This document shows positions 25,901-40,935 of a DNA stretch of 64,000 nt, piece after piece. The DNA lies in the NCBI RefSeq assembly GCF_009914755.1, contig NC_060933.1. One strand, written 5' to 3'. Source of the stretch: the human T2T-CHM13v2.0 reference genome, Homo sapiens. Both the position numbers and the translations under genes were made by a program. The notes under the pieces were generated by a model, which ran no database searches, was not told where the DNA came from, and saw nothing but the letters and a program-made list of their open reading frames with translations. Each line of letters opens with the position of its first letter. Position 1 is the stretch's first letter.

Positions 25901-28595
25901 ACAACCCGAATGGAATGGAATGTAATGGAGAGTAAGGGAGTTGAATAGAATCAATCCGAATGCAATGGAATGGAATGGAACGGAATGGAATTGAATGGAA
26001 TGGAATGGAATGCAATGGAATGGAATCAACCCGAGTGCAATGGAATGGAGAGGAATGGAATGGAATTGAGTGGAAACTACACGAATGGAATGGAATGTAA
26101 TGGAGTGTAAGGGAATTGAATAGAATCAATCCGAATGTAATGGAATGGAATGGAGCGGAATGGAATGGAATGGAATGGAATGGAATCAACCCGAGTGCAA
26201 TGGAATGGAGTGAAATGGAATGGAATGGAATGGAACAACCCGAATGGAATGGAATGTAATGGAGAGTAAGGGAGTTGAATAGAATCAATCCGAATGTAAT
26301 GGAATGGAACGGAATGGAATGGAATGGAATGGAATGGAATGCAATATAATGGAATCAACCCGAGTGCAATCGAATGGAATCGAATGGAATGGAATGCAAT
26401 GGAATGGATTCAACTTGAATGGAAAGTAAAGAATGGAATCAACACGAGTGGAATGGCATGGATTGGAATGGAATGGAATGGAATCAACCCGAGTATAGGG
26501 GAATGGAATGGAATGGAATGCAATGGAATGGAATCATCCGTAATGGAATGGAAAGGAATGGAATGGAATGGAATGGAATGGAATGGAATGGAATGGAATG
26601 GAATGGAATCAACTCGATTGCAATCGAATGGAATGGAATGGAATTAACCCGAATAGAATGGAATGGAATGGAATGCAACGGAACGGAATGGAATGGAATG
26701 GAACGGAAAGGAAGGGAATGGAATGGAATAGAATGGAATGGAATGGAATCAACGCGAGTGCAGGGGAATGGAATGGAATGGAATGGAATGCAATGGAATG
26801 GAATGTTCCGGAATGGAATGGAATGGAATGGAATGGAATGGAATGGAATGGAATCAACCCGAGTGCAATGGAATGGAGTGGAATGGAATGGAATGGAATG
26901 GAACAATCCGAATGGAATGGAATGTAATGGAGAGTAAGGGAGTTGAATAGAATCAATCCGAATGTAATGGAATGGAATGGAACGGAATGGAATTGAATGG
27001 AATGGAATGGAATGCAATGGAATGGAATCAACCCGAGTGCAATGGAATGGAGAGGAATGGAATGGAATGGAATGGAAACTACCCGAATGGAATGGAATGT
27101 AATGGAGTGTAAGGGAATTGAATAGAATCAATCGGAATGTAATGGACTGGAATGGAACTGAATGTAATGGAATGTAATGGAATGGAATGGAATGCAATGG
27201 AATGGAATCAACCCAAGTGCAATCGAATGGAATCGAATGGAATGGAATGCAATGGAATGGACTCAACTTGAATGGAATGGAAAGAATGGAATCAACACGA
27301 GTTGAATGGCATGGATTGGAATGGAATGGAATGGAATCAACCCGAGTACAGGGGAATGGAATGGAATGGAATGCAATGGAATGGAATCATCCGTAATGGA
27401 ATGGAAAGGAATGGAATGGAATGGAAAGGAATGGAATGGAATGGAATGGAATGGAATGGAATGGAATCAACTCGATTGCAATCGAATGGAATGGAATGGA
27501 ATTAACCCGAATAGAATGGAATGGAATAGAATGGAACGGAACAGAATGGAATGGAATGGAATGGAATGGAATGGAATGGAACGGAACGGAATGGAATGGA
27601 ATGGAATGGAATGGAATCAGCGCGAGAGCAGGGGAATTGAATGGAATGGAATGCAATGGAATGGAATCTTCCGGAATGGAATGGAATGGAATGGAATTGA
27701 ATGAAATGCAATGGATTCAACTCGATTGCAATGGAATGGAATAGAATGGAATGGAATGGAATGGAATGGAATTAATCCGAATAGAATGGAATTGAATGGA
27801 ATGGAACGGAATGGAACGGAATGGAATGGAATGGAATGGAATGGAATGGTATGGAATGGAATGGAATGGTACGGAATAGAATGGAATGGAACGAATTGTA
27901 ATGGAATGGAATTGAATTGAATGGAATGGAATGGAATGGAATCAACGCGAGAGCTGGGGAATGTAATGGAACGGAATGCAATGGAATGGAATCATCCGGA
28001 ATGGAATGGAATGGAATGGAATCAACCCGAGTGCAATGGAATGGAGTGGAATGGAATGGAATGGAATGGAACAACCCGAATGGAATGGAATGTAATGGAG
28101 AGTAAGGGAGTTGAATAGAATCAATCCGAATGTAATGGAATGGAATGCAACGGAATGGAATGGAATGGAATGCAATGGAATGGAATCAACCCGAGTACAA
28201 TGGAATGGAATGGAATGGAATGGAATGGAATGGAATGGAATGGAATGGAATGCCTTCAAACCGAATGGAATGGAAAGGAGTGGAATCAACACGAGTGGAA
28301 TGGAATGGAATGGAATGGAATGGAATGGAATGGAATGATACGGAATAGAATGGAATGGAACGAAATGGAATGGAATGGAATGGAATGGAATGGAATCGTT
28401 CCGAGTGGAATAGGAGGGAATGTATTCGAGTGTAATGGAAAGGAATGGAATCAACAAGAGTGGAATGGAAGGGAATGGAATGGAAGGGAAACTAATAGAA
28501 TGGAATCAACCCGAGTGGAATGGAATGGAAAGGACTGGAAGGGAATGGAATGGAATGCAATCAACTCGATTGTAATGGAATGGAATGGAATGGAA
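25819..28595 (+). repeat. 2.8-kb duplication, copy 1
   Basis: Constant offset of 6666 to 32485-35261. ORF translations are identical (e.g. 26484..27266 vs 33150..33932; 27942..28457 vs 34608..35123). Confidence 0.93.
26800..26814 (+). promoter_or_regulatory. HSE variant gGAAt-gTTCc-gGAAt (also ~33466, 42166, 44242, 48189)
   Basis: GGAATGTTCCGGAAT; the substitution falls at an n position, so the nGAAnnTTCnnGAAn consensus is intact. Confidence 0.6.
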
Positions 28596-29399
28596 CAACC
28601 CGAATGGAATGGAATGTAATGGAGTGTAAGGGAGTTGAATAGAATCAATCCGAATGTAATGGAATGGAATGCAACGGAATGGAATGGAATGGAATGCAAT
28701 GGAATGGAATCAACCCGAGTACAATGGAATGGAATGGACTGGAATGGAATGGAATGGAATGGAATGGAATGGAATGCAATGCCTTCAAACCGAATGGAAT
28801 GGAAAGGAATGAAATCAACACGAGTGGAATGGAATGGAATGGAATGGAATGGAATGGAATGATACGGAATAGAATGGAATGGAAAGAAATGGAATGGAAT
28901 GGAATGGAATGGAATGGAATGGAATGGAATGGAATCGTTCCGAGTGGAATAGGAGGGAATGTATTCGAGTGGAATGGAAAGGAATGGAATCAACCAGAGT
29001 GGAATGGAAGGGAATGGAATGGAATGGAAACTAATAGAATGGAATCAACCCGAGTGGAATGGAATGGAAAGGACTGGAATGGAAAGGAATGGAATGGAAT
29101 GGAATGGAATGGAATGGAATGGAATGGCATCAACGCGAGTGCAGGGGAATGGAATGGAATCGAATGGAATGGAATGGAATGGAATGGAATCAACCCGAGT
29201 CCAGGGGAATGTAATGGAACGGAATGCAATGGAATGGAATCATCCGGAATGGAATGCAATGGAATGGAATGGAATGGAATCAACCCGAGTGCAATGGAAT
29301 GGAGTGGAATGGAATGGAATGGAATGGAACAACCCGAATGGAATGGAATGTAATGGAGAGTAAGGGAGTTGAATAGAATCAATCCGAATGTAATGGAAT

Positions 29400-29840
29400 G
29401 GAATGCAACGGAATGGAATTGAATGGAATGCAATGGAATGGAATGGAATGGAATGCAAAGGAATGGAATCAACCCGAGTGGAATGGCATGGAATGGAATG
29501 CAATGGATTGGAATGGAATGGAATCAACTCGAGTGGAAAGGAATGCAATGGAATGGAAAGGAATGGAATGAAGTCAACTCGAGTGGAATGGAATGGAATG
29601 GAATGGAATGGATTGGAATGGATTGCAATGGAATGGAATGGAATGGAGTGGAATGGAATCAATCATTCTGAGTGGAATGGAAGGGAATGTAATGGAGTGG
29701 AAAGAAGGGAATGGAATCAACCCGAGTGGAATGCAAGGCAATGGAATGGAATGGAAAGGAATGGAATGGAAACAACTCGATTGCAATGGAATGGAATGGA
29801 ATGGAATGGAATGGAATGGAATTAACCGGAATAGAATGGA
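29400..29840 (+). repeat. Rare divergent block (CAACTCGAGTGG...CAATCATTCTGAG...GGAAAGAAGGG...GCAAGGC), copy 1
   Basis: Motif cluster seen only here and at ~40520-40935 (anchors 29660 and 40755; offset 11095). Confidence 0.8.
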
Positions 29841-32484
29841 ATGGAATGGAATGGAACGGAATGGAATGGAATGGAATCAACACGAGTGCAGGGGAATGGA
29901 ATGGAATGGAATGCAATGGAATGGAATCATCCGGAATGGAATGGAATGGAATGGAATCAACTCCATTGCAATGGAATGGAATGGAATGGAATGGAATAGA
30001 ATGGAATGGAATTAACCCGAATAGAATGGAATGCAATAGAATGGAATGCAACGGAACCGAATGGAGTGGAATGGAATGGAATGGAATCAACCCGAGTACA
30101 GTGGAATGGAATGGAATGGAATGCAATGTAATGGAGTCATCCGTAATGGAATGGAAAGGAATGGAATGGAATGGAATGGAATGGAATGGAATGGAATGGA
30201 ATCAACTCGATGGCAATCGAATGGAATGGAATGGAATTAACCCGAATAGAATGGAATGGATTGGAATGGAACGGAACAGAATGGAATGGAATGGAATGGA
30301 ATGGAACGGAATGGAATGGAATGGAATGGAATGGAATCAACGCGAGTGCAGGGGAATGGAATGGAATGGAATGGAATCTTCCGGAATGGAATGGAATAGA
30401 ATGAAAGGCAATGGATTCAACTCGATTGCAATGGAATGGAATAGAATGGAATGGAATGGAATGGAATGGAATGGAATTGAATGGAATGGAATGCCTTCAA
30501 AGGGAATGGAATGGAAAGGAATGGAATCAACACGAGTGGAAAAGAATGGAATGGAAAGGAAAGGAATGGAATGGAATGGTACGGAATAGAATGGAATGGA
30601 ACGAACTGGAATGGAATGGAATGGAATGGAATGGAATGAAATGGAATCGCTCCGAGTGGAATAGGAGGGAATGTATTCGAGTGGAATGGAAAGGAATGGA
30701 ATCAACCAGAGTGGAATGGAAGGGAATGGAATGGAATGGAAACTAATAGAATGGAATCAACCCGAGTGGAATGGAATGGAAAGGACTGGAATGGAAAGGA
30801 ATGGAATGGAATGGAATGGAATGGAATGGAATGGAATGGAATCAACGCGAGTGCAGGGGAATGGAATGGAATCGAATGGAATGGAATGGAATGGAATGGA
30901 ATCAACCCGAGTGCAGGGGAATGTAATGGAAAGGAATGCAATGGAATGGAATCATCCGGAATGGAATGGAATGGAATGGAATGGAATGGAATGGAATGGA
31001 ATGGAATCAACCCGAGTGCAATGGAATGGAGTGGAATGGAATGGAATTGAATGGAACAACCCGAATGGAATGGAATGTAATGGAGTGTAAGGGAGTTGAA
31101 AAGAATCAATCCGAATGTAATGGAATGGAATGGAATGGAATGGAATGGAATGGAATGGAATGCAATGGAATGGAATCTTCCGGAATGGAATGGAATGGAA
31201 TGGAATGGAATGCAATGGATTCATCTCGATTGCAATGGAAGGGAATAGAATGGAATGGAATGGAATGGAATGGAATTAAACCGAATAGAATGGAATGGAA
31301 TGGAATGGAACGGAACGGAACGGAACGGAACGGAGTGGAATGGAATGGAATGGAATTGTATGGAATGGAATGGAATGGTACGGAATAGAATGGAATGGAA
31401 AGAATTGGAATGGAATGGAATCGAATGGAATGGAATTGAATGGAATGGAATCAACCCGAGTGCAGGGGAATGTAATGGAACGGAATGCAATGGAATGTAA
31501 TCATCCGGAATGGAATGGAATTGAATGGAATGGAATGGAATGGAATCAATCCGAGTGCAATGGAATGGAGTGGAATGGAATGGAATGGAATGGAACAACC
31601 CGAATGGAATGGAATGTAATGGAGTGTAAGGGAGTTGAATAGAATCAATCCGAATGTAATGGAATGGAATGCAACGGAATGGAATGGAATGGAATGCAAT
31701 GGAATGGAATCAACCCGAGTACAATGGAATGGAATAGAATGGAATGGAATGGAATCAACGCGAGTGCAGGGGAATGGAATGGAATGGAATGCAATGGAAT
31801 GGAATCTTCCGGAATGGAATGGAATGGAATGGTATGGAGTGGAATGGAATGGAATCAACCCGAGTGCAATGGAATGGAGTGGAATGGAATGGAATGGAAT
31901 GGAACAACTCGAATGGAATGGAATGTAATGGAGAGTAAGGGAGTTGAATAGAATCAATCCGAATGTAATGGAATGGAATGGAACGGAATGGTATGGAATG
32001 GAATGGAATGCAATGGAATGGAATCAACCCGAGTGCAATCGAATGGAATCGAATGGAATGGAATGCAATGGAATGGATTCAACTTGAATGGAATGGAAAG
32101 AATGGAATCAACACGAGTGGAATGGCATGGATTGGAATGGAATGGAATGGAATCAACCCGAGTACAGGGGAATGGAATGGAATGGAATGCAATGGAATGG
32201 AATCATCCGTAATGGAATGGAAAGGAATGGAATGGAATGGAATGGAATGGAATGGAATGGAATGGAATGGAATCAACTCGATTGCAATCGAATGGAATGG
32301 AATGGAATTAACCCGAATAAAATGGAATGGAATGGAATGGAACGGAACGGAATGGAATGGAATGGAATGGAATGGAACGGAAAGGAAGGGAATGGAATGG
32401 AATAGAAGGGAATGGAATGGAATCAACGCTAGTGCAGGGGAATGGAATGGAATGGAATGCAATGGAATGGAATCTTCCGGAATG

Positions 32485-35261
32485 GAATGGAATGGAATGG
32501 AATGGAATGGAATGGAATAAACCCGAGTGCAATGGAATGGAGTGGAATGGAATGGAATGGAATGGAACAACCCGAATGGAATGGAATGTAATGGAGAGTA
32601 AGGGAGTTGAATAGAATCAATCCGAATGCAATGGAATGGAATGGAACGGAATGGAATTGAATGGAATGGAATGGAATGCAATGGAATGGAATCAACCCGA
32701 GTGCAATGGAATGGAGAGGAATGGAATGGAATTGAGTGGAAACTACACGAATGGAATGGAATGTAATGGAGTGTAAGGGAATTGAATAGAATCAATCCGA
32801 ATGTAATGGAATGGAATGGAGCGGAATGGAATGGAATGGAATGGAATGGAATCAACCCGAGTGCAATGGAATGGAGTGAAATGGAATGGAATGGAATGGA
32901 ACAACCCGAATGGAATGGAATGTAATGGAGAGTAAGGGAGTTGAATAGAATCAATCCGAATGTAATGGAATGGAACGGAATGGAATGGAATGGAATGGAA
33001 TGGAATGCAATATAATGGAATCAACCCGAGTGCAATCGAATGGAATCGAATGGAATGGAATGCAATGGAATGGATTCAACTTGAATGGAAAGTAAAGAAT
33101 GGAATCAACACGAGTGGAATGGCATGGATTGGAATGGAATGGAATGGAATCAACCCGAGTATAGGGGAATGGAATGGAATGGAATGCAATGGAATGGAAT
33201 CATCCGTAATGGAATGGAAAGGAATGGAATGGAATGGAATGGAATGGAATGGAATGGAATGGAATGGAATGGAATCAACTCGATTGCAATCGAATGGAAT
33301 GGAATGGAATTAACCCGAATAGAATGGAATGGAATGGAATGCAACGGAACGGAATGGAATGGAATGGAACGGAAAGGAAGGGAATGGAATGGAATAGAAT
33401 GGAATGGAATGGAATCAACGCGAGTGCAGGGGAATGGAATGGAATGGAATGGAATGCAATGGAATGGAATGTTCCGGAATGGAATGGAATGGAATGGAAT
33501 GGAATGGAATGGAATGGAATCAACCCGAGTGCAATGGAATGGAGTGGAATGGAATGGAATGGAATGGAACAATCCGAATGGAATGGAATGTAATGGAGAG
33601 TAAGGGAGTTGAATAGAATCAATCCGAATGTAATGGAATGGAATGGAACGGAATGGAATTGAATGGAATGGAATGGAATGCAATGGAATGGAATCAACCC
33701 GAGTGCAATGGAATGGAGAGGAATGGAATGGAATGGAATGGAAACTACCCGAATGGAATGGAATGTAATGGAGTGTAAGGGAATTGAATAGAATCAATCG
33801 GAATGTAATGGACTGGAATGGAACTGAATGTAATGGAATGTAATGGAATGGAATGGAATGCAATGGAATGGAATCAACCCAAGTGCAATCGAATGGAATC
33901 GAATGGAATGGAATGCAATGGAATGGACTCAACTTGAATGGAATGGAAAGAATGGAATCAACACGAGTTGAATGGCATGGATTGGAATGGAATGGAATGG
34001 AATCAACCCGAGTACAGGGGAATGGAATGGAATGGAATGCAATGGAATGGAATCATCCGTAATGGAATGGAAAGGAATGGAATGGAATGGAAAGGAATGG
34101 AATGGAATGGAATGGAATGGAATGGAATGGAATCAACTCGATTGCAATCGAATGGAATGGAATGGAATTAACCCGAATAGAATGGAATGGAATAGAATGG
34201 AACGGAACAGAATGGAATGGAATGGAATGGAATGGAATGGAATGGAACGGAACGGAATGGAATGGAATGGAATGGAATGGAATCAGCGCGAGAGCAGGGG
34301 AATTGAATGGAATGGAATGCAATGGAATGGAATCTTCCGGAATGGAATGGAATGGAATGGAATTGAATGAAATGCAATGGATTCAACTCGATTGCAATGG
34401 AATGGAATAGAATGGAATGGAATGGAATGGAATGGAATTAATCCGAATAGAATGGAATTGAATGGAATGGAACGGAATGGAACGGAATGGAATGGAATGG
34501 AATGGAATGGAATGGTATGGAATGGAATGGAATGGTACGGAATAGAATGGAATGGAACGAATTGTAATGGAATGGAATTGAATTGAATGGAATGGAATGG
34601 AATGGAATCAACGCGAGAGCTGGGGAATGTAATGGAACGGAATGCAATGGAATGGAATCATCCGGAATGGAATGGAATGGAATGGAATCAACCCGAGTGC
34701 AATGGAATGGAGTGGAATGGAATGGAATGGAATGGAACAACCCGAATGGAATGGAATGTAATGGAGAGTAAGGGAGTTGAATAGAATCAATCCGAATGTA
34801 ATGGAATGGAATGCAACGGAATGGAATGGAATGGAATGCAATGGAATGGAATCAACCCGAGTACAATGGAATGGAATGGAATGGAATGGAATGGAATGGA
34901 ATGGAATGGAATGGAATGCCTTCAAACCGAATGGAATGGAAAGGAGTGGAATCAACACGAGTGGAATGGAATGGAATGGAATGGAATGGAATGGAATGGA
35001 ATGATACGGAATAGAATGGAATGGAACGAAATGGAATGGAATGGAATGGAATGGAATGGAATCGTTCCGAGTGGAATAGGAGGGAATGTATTCGAGTGTA
35101 ATGGAAAGGAATGGAATCAACAAGAGTGGAATGGAAGGGAATGGAATGGAAGGGAAACTAATAGAATGGAATCAACCCGAGTGGAATGGAATGGAAAGGA
35201 CTGGAAGGGAATGGAATGGAATGCAATCAACTCGATTGTAATGGAATGGAATGGAATGGAA
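32485..35261 (+). repeat. 2.8-kb duplication, copy 2
   Basis: Shares private variants GCAATATAAT, GAGTATAGGG, AACAATCCG, CACGAGTTG and ATCAGCGCGAGAG with copy 1 at offset 6666. Confidence 0.93.
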
Positions 35262-38200
35262 TTGAATGGAATGGAATTAACCCGAATACAATGGAATGGA
35301 ATGGAATGGAACGCAATGGAGTGGAATGGAATGGATTCAACCCGAGTGCAGGGGATTGGAATGGAATGGAATGCAATGGAATGGAATCATCCGGAATGGA
35401 ATGGAATGGAATGGAATGGAATGGAATGGAATCTACCCGACTGCAGGGGAATGGAATGGAATGGAATGCAATGGAATGGATTCAACTTGAATGGAATGGA
35501 AAGAATGGAATCAACACGAGTGGAATGGCATGGATTGGAATGGAACGGAATGGAATGGAATCAACCCGAGTACAGGGTAATGGAATGGAATGGAATGCAA
35601 TGGAATGGAATCATCCGTAATGGAATGGAAAGGAATGGAATGGAATGGAATGGAATGGAATCGAATGGAATCAACTCGATTGCAATCGAATGGAATGGAA
35701 TGGAATTAACCCGAATAGAATGGAATGGAATGGAGTGGAACGGAAAGGAACGGAATGGAATGGATTGGCATGGAATGGAATGGAATGGAATGGAACGGAA
35801 AGGAATGGAATTGAATGGAATGGAATCCATCTGAGTGCAGGGGAATGGAATGGAATGGAATGCAATGGAATGGAATCTTCCGGAATGGAATGGAATGGAA
35901 TGGAATGGAATGAAATGGAATGGAATGGAATAAACCCGAGTGCAGTGGAATGGAGTGGAATGGAATGGATTGGAATGGAAAAACCCGAATGGAATGGAAT
36001 GTAATGGAGAGTAAGGGAGTTGAATAGAATCAATCCGAATGTAATGTAATAGAATGGAACGGAATGGAATGGAATGGAATGGAATGGAATGCAATGGAAT
36101 GGAATCAACCCGAGTGCAATGGAATGGAGAGGAATGGAATGGAGTGGAATGGAAACTACCCCAATGGAATGAAATGGAATGGAGTGTAAGGGAATTGAAT
36201 ATAATCAATCCGAATGTAATGGAATGGAATGGTACGGAATGGAATGGAATGGAATGGAATGGAATGGAATTCAATGGAATGGAATCAACCCGAGTGCAAT
36301 CGAATGGAATCGAATGGAATGGAATGCAATGGAATGGATTCAACTTGAATGGAATGGAAAGAATGGAATCAACACGAGTGGAATGGCATGGATTGGAATG
36401 GAATGGAATGGAATCAACCCGAGTACAGGGGAATGGAATGGAATGGAATGCAATGGAATGGAATCATCCGTAATGGAATGGAAAGGAATGGAATGGAATG
36501 GAATGGAATGGAATGGAATAGAATGGACTCAACTCGATTGCAATCGAATGGAATGGAATGGAATTAACCCGAATAGAATGGAATGGAATGGAATGGAATG
36601 GAACCGAACGGAATGGCATGGAATGGAATGGAATGCAACGGAACGGAATGGAATGGAATGGAATGGAATGGAATGGAATGGAATGGAATCAACGCGAGTG
36701 CAGGGGAATGGAATGGAATGGAATGCAATGGAATGGAATCTTCCGGAATGGAATGGAATGAAATGGAATGGAATGAAATGCAATGGATTCAACTCGATTG
36801 CAATGGAATGGAATAGAATGGAATGGAATGGAATGGAATGGAATGGAATGGAATTAACCCAAATAGAATGGAATGGAATGGAATGGAACGGAATGGAACG
36901 GAATGGAATGGAATGGAATGGAATGGAATGGTATGGAATGGAATGGAATGGTACGGAATAGAATTGAATGGAACGAATTGTAATGGAATGGAATTGAATG
37001 GAATGGAATGGAATGGAATGGAATCAACGCGAGTGCAGGGGAATGTAATGGAACGGAATGCAATGGAATGGAATCATCCGGAATGGAATGGAATGGAATG
37101 GAATGGAATGGAATGGAATGGATTAAACCCGAGTGCAATAGAATGGAGTGGAATGGAAACAACCAGAATGGATTGGAATATAATGGAGTGTAAGGTAATT
37201 GAATAGAATCAATCTGAATGTAATGAAATGGAATGGAACGGAATGGAATGGAATGGAATGGAATGGAATGGAATGGAATGGAATGGAATGCAATGGAATG
37301 GAATCAACCCGAGTACAATGGAATGGAATGGAATGGCATGGAATGGAATGAAATGGAATGGACTGCAATGGAATGGAATCTTCCGGAATGGAATGGAATG
37401 GAATGGAATGGAATGCAATGGATTCAACTCGATTGCAATGGAATGGAATAGAATGGAATGGAATGGAATGGAATGGAATTAAACCGAATAGAATGGAATG
37501 GAATGGAATGGAACGCAACGGAACGGAACGGAAAAGAGTGGAATGGAATGGAATGGAATTGTATGGAATGGAATGGAATGGTACGGAATAGAAGGGAATG
37601 GAAAGAATTGGAATGGAATGGAATCGAATCGAATGGAATGGAATGGAATGGAATCAACCCGAGTGCAGGGGAATGTAATGGAACGGAATGCAATGGAATG
37701 GAATCATCCGGAATGGAATGGAATGGAATGGAATGGAATGGAATGGAATGGAATGGAATGGAATCAACCCGAGTGCAATGGAATGGAGTGGAATGGAATG
37801 GAATGGAATGGAACAACCCGAATGGAATGGAATGTAATGGAGAGTAAGGGAGTTGAATAGAATCAATCCGAATGTAATGGAATGGAACGGAATGGAATGG
37901 AATGGAATGGAATGGAATGGAATGCAATGGAATGGAATCAACCCGAGTACAATGGAACGGAATGTAATGTAATGTAATGGAATGGAATGGAATGGAATGG
38001 AATGGAATCAACCCGAATGCAATGGAATGGAGAGGAATGGAATGGAATGGAATGGAAACTACCCGAATGGAATGGAATGTAATGGAGTGTAAGGGAATTG
38101 AATAGAATCAATCCGAATGGAATGGAATGGAACGAAATGTAATGGAATGGAATGGAATGGAATCAACCTGAGTGCAGGGGAATGGAATGCAATGGAATGC

Positions 38201-40519
38201 ACTGGAATGGAATCATCCGGAATGGGATGGAATGGAATGCAATGGAATGGAATGGAATGGAATCAACCCCAGTGCAATGGAATGGAGTGAAATGGAATGG
38301 AATGGAATGGAGACAACCAGAATGGATTGGAATATAATGGAGTGTAAGGGAATTGAATAGAATCAATCTGAATGTAATGAAATGGAATGGAACGGAATGG
38401 AATGGAATGGAATTGAATGGAATGGAATGGAATGCAATGGAATGGAATCAACCCGAGAGCAATTGAATGGAATCGAATGGAATGGAATGCAATGGAATGG
38501 ATTCAAATTGAATGGAATGGAAAGAATGGAATCAACACGAGTGGAATGGCATGGATTGGAATGGAATGGAATGGAATCAACCCGAGTACAGGGGAATGGA
38601 ATGGAATGGAATGCAATGGAATGGAATCATCCGTAATGGAATGGAAAGGAATGGAATGGAATGGAATGGAATGGAATGGAATGGAATGGAATGGAATCAA
38701 CTCGATTGCAATCGAATTGAATGGAATGGAATTAACCCGAATAGAATGGAATGGAATGGAATGGAACGGAACGGAATGGAATGGAATGGAACGGAATGGA
38801 ATGGAACGGAACGGAACGGAACGGAATGGAATGGAATGGAATGGAATGGAATGGAATGGAATCAACGCGAGTGCAGGGGAATGGAATGGAATGGAATGCA
38901 ATGGAATGGAATCTTTCAGAATGGAATGGAATGGAATGGAATGGAATGAAATGCAATGGATTCAACTCGATTGCAATGGAATGGAATAGAATGGAATGGA
39001 ATGGAATGGAATGGAATCTACGCGAGTGCAGGGGAATGGAATGGAATGGAATGTAATGGAATGGAATCTTCCGGAATGGAATGGAATGGAATGGAATGAA
39101 ATGCAATGGATTCAACTCGATTGCAATGGAATGGAATAGAATGGAATGGAATGGAATGGAAAGGAATTAATTCGAATAGAATGGAATGGAATGGAATGGA
39201 ATGGAATGGAATAGAATGGAATGGAATGGAATCAACCCGAGTGCAATGGAATGGAGTGGAATGGAATGGAATGGAATGGAACAACCCGAATGGAATGGAA
39301 TGTAATGGAGAGTAAGGGAGTTGAATAGAATCAATCCGAATGTAATGGAATGGAACGGAATGGAATTGAATGGAATGGAATGGAATGCAATGGAATGGAA
39401 TCAACCCGAGTGCAATGGAATGGAGAGGAATGGAATGGAATGGAATGGAAACTACCCGAATGGAATGGAATGTAATGGAGTGTAAGGGAATTGAATAGAA
39501 TCAATCCGAATGTAATATAATGGAATGGAATGGAATGCAATGGAATGGAATGGAATGGAATGGAATGGAATCAACCCGAGTGCAATCGAATGGAATCGAA
39601 TGGAATGGAATGCAATGGAATGGATTCAACTTGAATGGAATGGAAAGAATGGAATCAACACGAGTGGAATGGCATGGATTGCAATGGAATGGAATGGAAT
39701 CAACCCGAGTACAGGGGAATGGAATGGAATGGAATACAATGGAATGGAATCATCCGTAATGGAATAGAAAGGAATGGAATGGAATGGAATGGAATGGAAT
39801 CAACACAATTGCAATCGAATGGAATGGTATGGAATTAACCGGAATAGAATGGAATGGAATGGAATGGAACGGAACGGAACGGAACGGAATGGAATGGAAT
39901 GGAATGGAATGGAATGGAATGGAAAGGAACGGAAAGGAATGGAATGGAATGGAATGGAATGGAATGGAATGGAATGGAATGGAATGGAATGGAATGGAAT
40001 CAATGCGAGTGGAGAGAAATGGAATGGAATGGAATGCAATGGAATGGAATCTTCCGGAATGGAATGGAATGGAATGGAATGGAATGAAATGCAATGGATT
40101 CAACTCGATAGCAATGGAATGGAATAGAATGGAATGGAATGGAATGGAATGGAATTAACCCGAATAGAATGGAATGGAATGGAAAGGAACGGAATGCAAT
40201 GGAATGGAATGGAATGGAATGGTATGGAATGGAATGGAATGGTACGGAATAGAATGGAATGGAACGAATTGTAATGGAATGGAATTGAATGGAATGGAAT
40301 GGAATGGAATGGAATCAACGCGAGTGCAGGGGAATGTAATGGAACGGAATGCAATGGAATGGAATCATCCGGAATGGAATGGAATGGAATGGAATGGAAT
40401 GGAATAAACCCGAGTGCAATGGAATGGAGTGGAATGGAATGGAATGGAATGGAACAACCCGAATGGAATGGAATGTAATGGAGAGTAAGGGAGTTGAATA
40501 GAATCAATCAGAATGTAAT

Positions 40520-40935
40520 GGAATGGAATGCAACGGAATGGAATGGAATGGAATGGAATGGAATGGAATCAACCCGAGTGGAATGGCATGGAATGGAATG
40601 CAATGGAATGGAATAGAATGGAATCAACACGAGTGGAAAGGAATGGAATGGAATGGTAAGGAATGGAATGAAATCAACTCGAGTGGAATGGAATGGAATG
40701 GAATGGATTGGAATGGATTGCAATGGAATGAAATGGAATGGAATGGAATGGAATCAATCATTCCGAGTGGAATGGAAGGGAATGTAATTGAGTGGAAAGA
40801 AGGGAATGGAATCAACCCGATTGGAATGCAAGGCAATGGAATGGAATGGAAAGGAATGGAATGGAATCAACTCGATTGCAATGGAATGGAATGGAATGGA
40901 ATGGAATGGAATGGAATAGAATTAACCGGAATAGA
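40520..40935 (+). repeat. Rare divergent block, copy 2
   Basis: CAATCATTCCGAG...GGAAAGAAGGG...GCAAGGC...TTAACCGG in the same order as at 29400-29840. Confidence 0.8.

Noticed and set aside
37188-37202. Splice-donor-like AAG/GTAATT (also ~43071, ~45148) and GA/GTAAGG in the common module
   Set aside because: The + strand has no polypyrimidine tract or acceptor, and short matches are expected from these cassettes; there is no supporting exon structure.
25819-39150. Full 6666-bp tandem duplication
   Set aside because: Identity stops at 28595/35261; 28596-32484 is not repeated after 35262.
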